A DNA stretch of 64,000 bases from Brevundimonas sp. Lineage in GTDB: Bacteria; Pseudomonadota; Alphaproteobacteria; Caulobacterales; Caulobacteraceae. This document shows, piece after piece, positions 1-9,154 of this stretch; the first letter of the stretch is position 1; every line of letters begins with the position of its first letter. Location of the stretch: assembly GCF_046293315.1 (NCBI RefSeq), contig NZ_JBKBPF010000003.1, positions 61,252 to 125,251 of the forward strand, read 5' to 3'. The position numbers and the translations under genes are program-made. A model generated the notes under the pieces. That model made no database searches. It saw only the letters and a program-made list of their open reading frames with translations, and was not told the DNA's origin.

Positions 1-2132
1 TCACCAGCTTCTATCACGACGAGACCGACACCCTGGCCGGCACGCTCTCGGCCGAATGGCGGATCGGTGGCCACACCAGCCTGAAGTTCGATTATCAGCA
101 CGCCGAGACGCGCACCGACTTCTTCTCCCTGTCGGACACCTTCTCCACCGCAGCCGAGTATGTGGTCGTCCCCGGCGAGACGAACCCGCAGCTGGTGCTG
201 GACCTGAGCCCCGGAAACGAGAGCATCTCGCGCTCGCAGAACTACAGCTACGACCGCGACATCCGGAAGATCACCGACACCTTCAGCCTCAACGGCCGGA
301 CCAACCTCGGCGCGTTCGAGTTCAACTATCTGGTTGGCTATGCGCACGGCACGGAGCGGCGTCCCGCCAGCTTCGGCATGCAGCTACGCATGCCCGATAC
401 CGACGCCAGCGCGGGCCTGTTCCTGCCTGAAGCCGTCGATCCCCAGACCGGCGTGATCCATACCGGCTTCGGCCCGCGCAGCGGCAGCGGAATCCCTTTG
501 CCCCTGCTGAGCAGCCAGGGCTGGGCCCTGGTAAACGACCCGTCCGGCTTCGTCATCGAAAACGCCAGCGGCCAGATCGACAACTCCGAAGGCAGCAATG
601 ACCGCTACACCGCCCGCGGCAGCGCGCGCTGGACCTCGGGCCGTGGCGGCTGGCTGAACTATGTGGAGCTGGGCGGCTTCTACGAGCGCGCCGAGTTCCA
701 GAACAACCTGACGCGCAGTCAGATCGGCGGCGGCGTTCCGGTTTCCGCGCTGGGCCTGGAGTTCGTGCCGTCGGACCTGACGCGGATCGGCCTGTCCGAG
801 CCGGGCTTCTCGACCCTCAGTGAAAACGCCCTCCGGGGCTTCGTCGACAATCTGGGCACGCTGGCGGGCGGTCCGTCGGGCCTCACGCTCACGCCGATCA
901 CGCCCCATCCCGACCAGGGCAACGAGAACACCGAGGAGACCAATTTCGCCGCCTACCTGCAGGCGCGGATTGACATCGGCAAGCTGGAGATCATCGGCGG
1001 CGTCCGCTTCAATCACACCCGGCTGGAGGCGACCAACCTCAACTTCCCGGTCTACACAGGTCCCATCCTGCCCGAGAACGGCGGCGGCTTCGGAGTGGAC
1101 TTCATTTTCCAGAACGAGTTCACCCGGCTGGTCACCGAGGAGGCCGTATCGGAAGATTTCCTGCCGCGGGTGCTGTTCAACTACCGCCACAGCGACGACC
1201 TGATTTTCCGGGGCGGCTACTTCCTGTCGGTGGCGCGGCCCGCGATCAGCCAGCTGTCCAGCGAGACGCGGATTTCCTTCATCAACTTCCCCATCCCGGG
1301 ACCTGAAGGCGTCAAGCCGATCCTGCAGATCAACAGCGGCAACCCCAACCTGCAGCCGGCGACCACTGACAATTTCGACCTCAGCGCCGAGTACTATTCC
1401 GGCATCGGCATCTTCAAGATCAGCGCCTTCTACAAGCGCATCGACAACCTGCTGCAGAACAACATCACCAATGGTCCCGCCACCCTGGCGGCCGTGACCC
1501 TGCCGGATCATCCCTATTTCAACGGGGCGCCCTACTTTGATCCGGCCAATCCGTCCTCGGCCTTCATCACCGGCGGCAGCCCGGTGAACAGCGACGAGGT
1601 GGCCGAGTTGTGGGGCATCGAATTCCAGGCCGAGCGCCGGTTCGACTTCCTCCCGGGAATCTGGGGCGGGTTGGGGGTGTTTCTGAACCACACCTGGACC
1701 GACAGCAGGCGCGCCGACCGCTACAACTGGAGCTACGGGACGGCGCCCGACAACGTCTACACCTTCACGGACCTGCCGTTCGTACAGCAGCCGTCCCACT
1801 CGGGCACGGCGGCGCTGACCTACAACAAGTACGATATCGATGCGACGCTGGCCTACGGCTACCAGTCGCGGGCGCTGTCCCTGTTCCAGCCGCGCGGCGT
1901 CAGCGTCTACACCGAAGGCGTGGAGACGCTCGACTTCCGGGCCGAGTACTATCTGCGCCCGAGCTACGGCAGCTTCCGCGTCTATGTGGAGGCCAACGAC
2001 CTGCTCGACGGCACGTCGGACCCCAATCTGGAGCAGACCTTCGGCGGCGAGCTGGGGGCTCCGACCTTCTTCACCCGCGCCACCTATCTCGGCGGCCGCA
2101 GCCTGCGCATCGGCCTGTCGGCGACGTTCTGA
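1..2132 (+). CDS. TonB-dependent outer-membrane receptor, C-terminal ~710 codons (5' end lies outside the window)
   Basis: Frame 3 is open from base 3 (TSFYHDETDTLAGTLSAEW...) and continuous with track ORF 162..2132. The translation has a Gly/Tyr/Asn/Asp-rich beta-barrel style. It ends ...YLGGRSLRIGLSATF with the terminal Phe typical of TonB-dependent receptors. Confidence 0.85.
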   Translation, partial: TSFYHDETDTLAGTLSAEWRIGGHTSLKFDYQHAETRTDFFSLSDTFSTAAEYVVVPGETNPQLVLDLSPGNESISRSQNYSYDRDIRKITDTFSLNGRTNLGAFEFNYLVGYAHGTERRPASFGMQLRMPDTDASAGLFLPEAVDPQTGVIHTGFGPRSGSGIPLPLLSSQGWALVNDPSGFVIENASGQIDNSEGSNDRYTARGSARWTSGRGGWLNYVELGGFYERAEFQNNLTRSQIGGGVPVSALGLEFVPSDLTRIGLSEPGFSTLSENALRGFVDNLGTLAGGPSGLTLTPITPHPDQGNENTEETNFAAYLQARIDIGKLEIIGGVRFNHTRLEATNLNFPVYTGPILPENGGGFGVDFIFQNEFTRLVTEEAVSEDFLPRVLFNYRHSDDLIFRGGYFLSVARPAISQLSSETRISFINFPIPGPEGVKPILQINSGNPNLQPATTDNFDLSAEYYSGIGIFKISAFYKRIDNLLQNNITNGPATLAAVTLPDHPYFNGAPYFDPANPSSAFITGGSPVNSDEVAELWGIEFQAERRFDFLPGIWGGLGVFLNHTWTDSRRADRYNWSYGTAPDNVYTFTDLPFVQQPSHSGTAALTYNKYDIDATLAYGYQSRALSLFQPRGVSVYTEGVETLDFRAEYYLRPSYGSFRVYVEANDLLDGTSDPNLEQTFGGELGAPTFFTRATYLGGRSLRIGLSATF

Positions 2133-2203
2133 TCGTCGTTCGGGTCCAACGGCCAGTGCGTCCCGACGCGCTGGCCGTATTCTTCTCCACGTCAGGAAAC
2201 ACC

Positions 2204-4930
2204 ATGAAGACGATGATGCTCGTGCTGGTCGCATCGGCCGCGGCGCTACTCGGTTCGCCCGCCACAGCTCAGTCGGCGGAACAGGCGCTGCTGCCCTACG
2301 AGCAGTTCACCCTGCCCAACGGGCTGCGGGTCGTCGTGCATGAGGATCATTCCGCGCCCAAGGTGGCGGTGACCGTCTGGTACCACGTGGGGTCCATGAA
2401 CGAGCCGGCGGGCCAGACCGGTTTCGCCCACCTGTTCGAGCACCTGATGTTCAACGGGTCGGAGCACCGCGACGACGAGTACATGCCGCCGCTTCAGGAA
2501 ATCGGCGCGTCGGCGGTCAACGGCGCCACGACGCTGGACCAGACCTACTACTATGCGGTGGTGCCCACCGGCGGTCTGGAGCGGGTGCTGTGGCTTGAGT
2601 CGGACCGCATGGGCTATCTGCTCGGCGCCGTGACCCAGGAGAAGCTCGATGAGCAGCGCGGCGTCGTCCAGAACGAGAAGCGCACCCGCGACAACCAGCC
2701 CTATTCGATGATGCCGGAGCTGCGGGCCGAGGCGATCTTTCCGTCCGACCACCCCTATCATCACCCCATCATCGGCTCGATGGAGGATCTGGACGCCGCC
2801 TCGCTGGAGGACGTGCACGCCTGGTTCCACCAGTACTACGGCGCGTCCAACGCCGTGGTGGCCCTGGCCGGCGACGTGACGGTGGAGCAGGCGCGCGAGC
2901 TGATGACCCGCTATTTCGCCAGCGTCCAGCCGGGTCCCCCCATCGGGCGCATGACCGAATGGACGCCGCTGCTGGACCGGGTCAGGACCGAGGTGGTGGC
3001 CGACAATGTGCCGCAGACAGCGATCTCTTGGAGCTGGCCCGTTCCCGGCAACGACGCCGGGGACCGACAGGCCCTGCGCATGGCCTCGTCAATTCTGGGT
3101 CGCGGGCGGCTGTCGCGCCTGAACCAGGCGCTGGTGATCGACCGGCAACTGGCGAACAGCGTCTCGGCCAATTACGAAGGCGCCGCCATTTCGGGCCTGT
3201 TCAATATCGAGATCCGGCTCCAGCCGGGCGTCGATCCGGTCGAGGCCGAGGCGGCCCTGCAGGCCGTACTGGACGAATTCATGGCCGAGGGCCCCACCGC
3301 TGAGGAGCTGGAGCGGGTCAAGATCACCACCTATGGCGACACGGTGCGCATGCTGGAGTCGCTGTATCTGCGCGCCATGATGCTGGCGGGCGGCGCCATC
3401 GGGGAGGGCAATCCCGGCCAGTTCGAGCTTGACCAGGCGGCGTTCGACGCGGTTCAGGCCGATGAGGTGCGGGCCGCCGTGAATGAGTGGCTGGGCCGCC
3501 CCAACTACCGGCTGACCGTCGTACCCCAGACCCAGTACGCGGCCGGGCCGGACGGTGCGGACCGCAGCCAGCTTCCGCCCATGGGCCCCGAGTCAGAACT
3601 GGTGCTGCCGCCCGTGCGGGAGGGGCGCCTGTCCAACGGCATCCGCGTCCTCCACGCCCGGCGCGACGGTACGCCGACCGTGGACATGGTCATGGCCTTT
3701 GACGCGGGCGGCGCCGCCGACCAGGGCATGAAGCCCGGTCTGCAGGGCTTCACCGTCGGCCTGATGGACGATGGGACGGACACCCTCACCGGCCAGGAAT
3801 TCGCCCAGGCGCAGGAAATGCTGGGCGCCCGCATCTATGCCTGGGCCGACTCCGACACCACCAGCTTCTCGGTCTCCGCCCTGACCCGCTCGCTGGACGA
3901 CACCGTCGGCCTGTGGGCGCAGTACATCCGCGATCCCGGCTTCCGGGAGAGCGATCTGGAGCGCGAGCGGGGCATGGCGGTCGCCGGCGTGCAGCAGGCG
4001 CTGGCCGATCCCGGCAGCATTGCGGGGCGGGTGTTCAACTATCTGATGTTCGGCGCCGACCACGCCTATGGCGCCCCGCTGGCGGGCCGGGCGGATGTGA
4101 TCCGGTCCTACAGTCGCGACGATCTCATCGCCTTCCACGAGCGTTTCATCCGGCCGGACAATGCGGTGATCTTCGCCGCGGGCGACGCCGAATTCGACGC
4201 CCTGATGGCCACGCTGGAGGACGCCTTCGGAGACTGGACGGCGCCCGCCGCGTCCCGGGGCGAGACCACCATCGCCGGGGTCGCCGACCAGACGGCGCCG
4301 CGCGTGGTGCTGGTCGACCGGCCCGGTTCGGTCCAGTCGGTGATCCGGGTCGGCCATGTGGCGCCGAACGGGCTGGATCCGCGCAACTTCGACCTGGACG
4401 TGCTGAACGGCATTCTGGGCGGCGGCTTCACGTCCCGGCTCAACATGAACCTGCGTGAGGAGAAGGGCTGGACCTACGGCGCCGGCAGCAATGTCAGCGA
4501 CGCCCTGGGCCCGCAGGTGTTCTCGGTCTCCACCAGCGTCCAGACCGACCGCACGGCTGACGCCCTGTCCGAGATCGCCCGCGAGCTGAACGAGATCGGC
4601 GGAGCCCGGCCCCCCGGCAGCGAAGAGCTCGACCTGTACCGTCGCGGTCAGGTGCTGACCCTGTCGGACCGCTTCGAGACCAACAATGCGATGGTGGGCT
4701 ATCTCAGCTACGTCACGCGCTTCGAGCATCCGTACGAGTGGATCACGACGCTGCCGGGCCGCTACGCCGCCCTCACGCCCGAGACCGTGGGTGCGGCCGC
4801 CGCCATGCTGCGCCCGGACGCCATGACCTGGGTGATCGTCGGCGACCTGAGCCAGATCGAGGCCGGCGTGCGCGCCCTGGGTCTGGGCGAGGTCGAGGTC
4901 TGGGACGCCGAGGGCACCCGGCTGCGTTGA
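2204..4930 (+). CDS. Secreted two-unit M16 family zinc protease (PqqL/FusC-like), ~908 aa
   Basis: Track ORF 1610..4930 trimmed to ATG 2204. The N-terminus MKTMMLVLVASAAALLGSPATAQSAEQ is a signal peptide, and the longer version overlaps the receptor gene. The inverted zincin motif HLFEH sits at 2429..2443 (FAHLFEHLMFNGSEH). A second M16-like half lacks the motif. Confidence 0.85.
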   Translation: MKTMMLVLVASAAALLGSPATAQSAEQALLPYEQFTLPNGLRVVVHEDHSAPKVAVTVWYHVGSMNEPAGQTGFAHLFEHLMFNGSEHRDDEYMPPLQEIGASAVNGATTLDQTYYYAVVPTGGLERVLWLESDRMGYLLGAVTQEKLDEQRGVVQNEKRTRDNQPYSMMPELRAEAIFPSDHPYHHPIIGSMEDLDAASLEDVHAWFHQYYGASNAVVALAGDVTVEQARELMTRYFASVQPGPPIGRMTEWTPLLDRVRTEVVADNVPQTAISWSWPVPGNDAGDRQALRMASSILGRGRLSRLNQALVIDRQLANSVSANYEGAAISGLFNIEIRLQPGVDPVEAEAALQAVLDEFMAEGPTAEELERVKITTYGDTVRMLESLYLRAMMLAGGAIGEGNPGQFELDQAAFDAVQADEVRAAVNEWLGRPNYRLTVVPQTQYAAGPDGADRSQLPPMGPESELVLPPVREGRLSNGIRVLHARRDGTPTVDMVMAFDAGGAADQGMKPGLQGFTVGLMDDGTDTLTGQEFAQAQEMLGARIYAWADSDTTSFSVSALTRSLDDTVGLWAQYIRDPGFRESDLERERGMAVAGVQQALADPGSIAGRVFNYLMFGADHAYGAPLAGRADVIRSYSRDDLIAFHERFIRPDNAVIFAAGDAEFDALMATLEDAFGDWTAPAASRGETTIAGVADQTAPRVVLVDRPGSVQSVIRVGHVAPNGLDPRNFDLDVLNGILGGGFTSRLNMNLREEKGWTYGAGSNVSDALGPQVFSVSTSVQTDRTADALSEIARELNEIGGARPPGSEELDLYRRGQVLTLSDRFETNNAMVGYLSYVTRFEHPYEWITTLPGRYAALTPETVGAAAAMLRPDAMTWVIVGDLSQIEAGVRALGLGEVEVWDAEGTRLR

Positions 4931-4946
4931 CCAGCCGCGGCCCGGA

Positions 4947-6650
4947 TCAACCCGGCTCGTCCAGAGCCCTGGCCACGGCCCCGGCGCGGTTCCCGAGGAT
5001 CAGGTGAACGCCCTCGGCGGTCACCGCCACGCTCCGCACGCCAAGACGCCTCAGGGCCGACACATCGGCGCCGGACGCGGCCTTCAGGCGCACCAGAACC
5101 CGGCTCTCACGGTGTTCCGTTGAAAGGACGTTGCCGCGCCCCCCCAGCGCCGCAAGCCAGCCCGGGCCGTCGACGGTGTCCGCGGCGGGACCGGGGTCTG
5201 ACGCACCGGCCATGGCGCCGCGGATCTCGCTGGCCACCTGATCGGCGATGGGCCCCAGCACCACCTGCAAGGCCCGGTCCGAGGGGCGCACCAGCCCGCG
5301 CGCCCCCAACGCTTTCAGCCCGGCCTCGTCCACGGCGCCCTGATCCTTCAGGATGAGGCGCAGGCGGGTAGTGCAGGCGTCCACGCTCTCCACATTGGCC
5401 GCGCCGCCGAGGGCCGCCAGATAGCCCGCGCCGCGCCCGCCTGACGACGCCGCCTGCACGGCGCCGGACGGCGCCGCCGGCTCGTCCTCGCGCCCCGGCG
5501 TCTTCAGGTCCATGCGATGGATCACCAGCCGGAACAGGCCGTAGTAGAGCGCGAAATAGGCCAGTCCCACCGGGATCAGCATCAGCGGCCGCGTCGACTG
5601 GTTGAAGTTCAGCACATAGTCGAACAGGCCCGCCGAAAAGCCGAAGCCCAGCTTCACGTCCAGCAGACTCATGATCACCATGGCCGCGCCGGTCAGCACC
5701 GTGTGCACGGCGTACAGCACCGGGGCCAGGAACATGAAGGTGAACTCGATGGGCTCGGTCACGCCCGTCAGGAACGCCGTCAGGGCCAGGGACATGAGCA
5801 TCCCGCCCACGGCCTTTTTCCGCTCCGGTTTCGCCGCGTGGTACATGGCCAGGCAGGCGGCGGGCAGGCCGAACATCATCACCGGGAAGAAGCCGGACAT
5901 GAAGGCGCCGGCCTCGGGGTCTCCGGCGAAGAACCGGCGCAGGTCGCCGGTGACGCCCTGATAGTCCCCGATCACGAACCAGGCGATGTTGTTGAGGATG
6001 TGGTGCAGGCCCGTGACGATCAGCAGCCGGTTCAGTACCCCGTAGAGGAACAGACCCACCTCGCCCGAACCGACGATGGCGCGGCTGAATCCGTCCATGG
6101 CCCCGCTGATGCCGGAAAAGCCGAAGCCGATGATGGCCGCCAGCGCCAGTCCCGCCACGCCGCTGACGATGGGCACGAAGCGCCGCCCGGCGAAGAAGGC
6201 CAGATACTCGGGCAGCTTCAGGGTCGAGAACCGGTTGTAGAAGTCGCCCGCGATCAGGCCGGAGAGGATGCCGATGGGCACGCTGAGCCGCGCCAGCGCC
6301 CCATCGCGCCACGCCGCCTCGGCGAGAGCGACGGAGGTTTCGGGCAGTCCCGCCACCACTTCGGGCGGCACGACCAGCAGGGCCTTGGCCCCCTCGGTGG
6401 CGATCAGGAAACAGACCACCCCCGCCAGCCCCGCCGCGCCGTTGCCGTCGCGCGCGAAGCCCACCGCCACGCCGATGGCGAACAGCAGGCCAAGGTTCGA
6501 GAACACCGCATCCCCCGCCGCCGACATAAAGGCGATGTCCAGCAGGTCCGGCTGGCCCAGCCGCAACAGCAGGGCCGCGGCGGGCAGCACCGCGATGGGC
6601 AGCATCAGGGCCCGGCCCAGAGGCTGCAGGCGTTCGAGCAGGGCCTTCAT
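4947..6650 (-). CDS. nagE: PTS N-acetylglucosamine-type EIIC-EIIB permease with an extra degenerate EIIB-like repeat
   Basis: 567 aa with a multi-helix EIIC body. The EIIB module reads YLAALGGAANVESVDACTTRLRLIL, with the Cys codon at 5373..5375. A second copy, WLAALGGRGNVLSTEHRESRVLVRL, has no Cys. ATG 6650 overlaps the stop of the upstream gene (ATGA). Confidence 0.85.
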   Translation of the reverse strand: MKALLERLQPLGRALMLPIAVLPAAALLLRLGQPDLLDIAFMSAAGDAVFSNLGLLFAIGVAVGFARDGNGAAGLAGVVCFLIATEGAKALLVVPPEVVAGLPETSVALAEAAWRDGALARLSVPIGILSGLIAGDFYNRFSTLKLPEYLAFFAGRRFVPIVSGVAGLALAAIIGFGFSGISGAMDGFSRAIVGSGEVGLFLYGVLNRLLIVTGLHHILNNIAWFVIGDYQGVTGDLRRFFAGDPEAGAFMSGFFPVMMFGLPAACLAMYHAAKPERKKAVGGMLMSLALTAFLTGVTEPIEFTFMFLAPVLYAVHTVLTGAAMVIMSLLDVKLGFGFSAGLFDYVLNFNQSTRPLMLIPVGLAYFALYYGLFRLVIHRMDLKTPGREDEPAAPSGAVQAASSGGRGAGYLAALGGAANVESVDACTTRLRLILKDQGAVDEAGLKALGARGLVRPSDRALQVVLGPIADQVASEIRGAMAGASDPGPAADTVDGPGWLAALGGRGNVLSTEHRESRVLVRLKAASGADVSALRRLGVRSVAVTAEGVHLILGNRAGAVARALDEPG

Positions 6651-9154
6651 CGGTCGGCTCCCCTTCGGAAATCATCAGCCAGGGCGCGCACCTCGTCCAC
6701 GGACGAGCAGGCCAGCGCCCGCGCCGCCAGATCGCGGCACGCCTCCAGCGTCAGGCCGCGCAGCAACGCCTTCAGGTCCGGCAACACGGCGGGGGCCGCC
6801 GACAGCTCGGTCACGCCCAGCCCCACCAGAATCGGCGCAGCGGCCATGTCCCCGGCCAGCCCGCCGCACACCCCCACCCAGCGGCCTTTCGCCTGACCCG
6901 CCTCGCAGGTCTGGCGGATCAGGCGCAGCACGGCGGGGTGCAGGCCGTCGATGTCGGCGGCCACCGCCGGATTGCCCCGATCGCGGGCCAGCACATATTG
7001 CGTCAGGTCATTGGTGCCGATGGACAGGAAGTCCGCCTGTTCGGCGATCAGGTCGGCGGTGACGGCGGCGGCGGGCGTCTCGATCATCACCCCCAGCTGG
7101 ACCGGCGTCGTCACCCCCATGTCGCGCCGCGCCTCCTCCAGCATGCGGCGCACGGCCGCCAGTTCATCGGGGCTGGCCACCATGGGGACCATGATGCGGC
7201 ACTGGCCGGTGGGCGTCACCCGCAGGATGGCCCGCAGCTGGGTCATCAGCAACTGCGGCCGCCACAGCCCCACCCGCACGCCGCGCAGTCCCAGCGCCGG
7301 GTTCTCCTCGTGGGGAATGGGCAGATAGGGCATGGGCTTGTCGCCGCCCGCGTCCAGCGTCCGCACGATCAGCGGCCGTCCGCCCAGCCCGTCGGCGATG
7401 GCCTGATACTGGGCCGCCTGTTCGTCCTCGTCGGGCGCCGTCTCGCGCTCGAGGAACAGGAATTCGGTGCGCAGCAGGCCGCAGCCCTCGGCGCCGTTGG
7501 CCACCGCCCGCCCGGCCTCGCCCACCGCGCCCAGATTGGCGAACACCTCGATGCGGGCGCCGTCCGACAGACGACAGTCCTCGCCCGCGGTCTCGAGGGC
7601 GGCGGCGTGGCGCTGGTGACGCCGGGCCAGCGCGGTCTGCGCGGCCCCCAGCGCCGCCGCGTCGGGCGACACCCGCAGGGTGCCGGCGTCGGCGTCCAGG
7701 ATCAGGGCGGCCCCGTCCATCACGTCCATCAGATCCTCGCCCAGCGCCACCAGACACGGCAGGCCCATGGACGCGGCGAGGATGGCCACATGGGACGTGG
7801 GCCCGCCCCGCGCGATGCACAGGCCGCCGATCCGCGACGGGTCCAGCGCCATCACCTGCGACGGCGCCAGCTCCTCGGCGATGATCACGGCGCCCAGCGG
7901 CGCATCCGTCCCGCTCTCGCCCTCCCCCGTCAGCACGGCCAGCACCTGACGCTCCAGATCCTTGAGGTCGTCGACGCGCTCGGCCATGCGCCGGTCGCCC
8001 AGGGCGTTCAGCGCCTGCACGAAACCGTCGATGGCGGTGCGCCAGGCATGGCCCGCGCTGCGCCCTTCGTTGATGCCCCGCTGGGCCGAGGCGAGCAGTT
8101 CGGGATCGTCCAGAAAAGCCAGGTGCGCCCCGGCGATGGCGCCGCGGGTGGCGTCGCCGCCGGTCAGGGCCTGCAGCCTTTCACGCACCGTCTCCAGCGC
8201 CCCGTTCAGGGCGGCGTGCTCGACGCGGGCGCCCCGCCCGTCGACGGCAACCTCGATCTCGGTGCGGATCAGCCGCGCGGCCTGGCCAATGGCCACCCCC
8301 GGCGCCGCCGTCACCCCACGCAGCACCCCGGTGTGCAGGGCCCGCCGGGGCCGGGGGGTCGGCGCCGGCGTCGTCTTCGGCACGGGGGCGGCGCCCGCCT
8401 CGCCCATGCCGCCCTCGATCAGTTCGGCCAGGGCCTGCACCGCCCGCGCCGCGTCCGGCCCGCTGGCCGACAGGGTGATCGCGTCGCCGTGCCGGATGGC
8501 AAGGGCCATGACGCCCACCGGGCTCTTCGCGCTGGACCTGCGGTTGAAGGCCGCCACGGTCACCTCGGCGTCGAACCCTTTCGCCAGTGCCGCGATGCGC
8601 GCCGCCGGGCGGGCATGGATGCCGTGCGCCAGCGGCGTCACCACCTGCCGTTCGGCGGCGGGCCCCGCCGTCTGCGTCGTTTCCGCTGCCGCCCCCAGAG
8701 CCCGCAGGGTCATCAGCGGATCGCCCGCCTTCACTTCCCGGTCCGTGACGCGGGTCGCCACCTCGAAGGCGTCGCCGTTGGTGATGATGATCGGCGTGAT
8801 CAGGCTCTTCGCTCGCCCCGCGATCCGGTCCAGATCGAACTCGATCAGCGGATCGCCCGCCTTGACCGCCTGGCCTTCCGTGACGCGGGCGGTGAAACCC
8901 TCGCCCTTCAGGGCCACGGTCTCCAGACCGATATGCATCAGCACCTCGACCCCGCTCTCGCCGCGGATGGTCACCGCGTGGAGCGCGGGCGCCAGGATCG
9001 TCACCACTCCGTCGCAGGGCGCACGCAGCACGCCCTCGATGGGGTCCACCGCCACGCCGTCCCCCATCATCCGCTCGGCGAAGACCGGGTCCGGCGCCTC
9101 GGAAAGCGGCGTGGCCCAACCGGCGACCGGGGCGACGAGAACGATGTCGGTCAT
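6647..9154 (-). CDS. Fused PTS phosphotransfer protein EIIA(Glc-type)-HPr-Enzyme I, ~835 aa
   Basis: Track ORF 6647..9232 trimmed to ATG 9154 (MTDIVLVAPVAGW...). Three modules are readable: EIIA (HAVTIRGESGVEVLMHIGLETV), HPr (LAHGIHARPAARIA) and EI (GGPTSHVAILAASMGLP). The ATG overlaps the TGA of the hexosaminidase gene (ATGA at 9151..9154). Confidence 0.85.
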   Translation of the reverse strand: MTDIVLVAPVAGWATPLSEAPDPVFAERMMGDGVAVDPIEGVLRAPCDGVVTILAPALHAVTIRGESGVEVLMHIGLETVALKGEGFTARVTEGQAVKAGDPLIEFDLDRIAGRAKSLITPIIITNGDAFEVATRVTDREVKAGDPLMTLRALGAAAETTQTAGPAAERQVVTPLAHGIHARPAARIAALAKGFDAEVTVAAFNRRSSAKSPVGVMALAIRHGDAITLSASGPDAARAVQALAELIEGGMGEAGAAPVPKTTPAPTPRPRRALHTGVLRGVTAAPGVAIGQAARLIRTEIEVAVDGRGARVEHAALNGALETVRERLQALTGGDATRGAIAGAHLAFLDDPELLASAQRGINEGRSAGHAWRTAIDGFVQALNALGDRRMAERVDDLKDLERQVLAVLTGEGESGTDAPLGAVIIAEELAPSQVMALDPSRIGGLCIARGGPTSHVAILAASMGLPCLVALGEDLMDVMDGAALILDADAGTLRVSPDAAALGAAQTALARRHQRHAAALETAGEDCRLSDGARIEVFANLGAVGEAGRAVANGAEGCGLLRTEFLFLERETAPDEDEQAAQYQAIADGLGGRPLIVRTLDAGGDKPMPYLPIPHEENPALGLRGVRVGLWRPQLLMTQLRAILRVTPTGQCRIMVPMVASPDELAAVRRMLEEARRDMGVTTPVQLGVMIETPAAAVTADLIAEQADFLSIGTNDLTQYVLARDRGNPAVAADIDGLHPAVLRLIRQTCEAGQAKGRWVGVCGGLAGDMAAAPILVGLGVTELSAAPAVLPDLKALLRGLTLEACRDLAARALACSSVDEVRALADDFRRGADR

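Noticed and set aside
1610-2203. N-terminal extension of the M16 protease ORF in the track (start 1610)
   Set aside because: The extension overlaps the 3' end of the receptor gene in another frame and is Arg/Pro-rich. ATG 2204 yields a textbook signal peptide.
384-2234. 616-aa minus-strand ORF antisense to the first TonB receptor gene
   Set aside because: Its translation is Arg/Ala/Gly/Pro-rich and low in complexity. It fully overlaps a plus-strand gene with clear family features. This is a typical shadow ORF of high-GC DNA.
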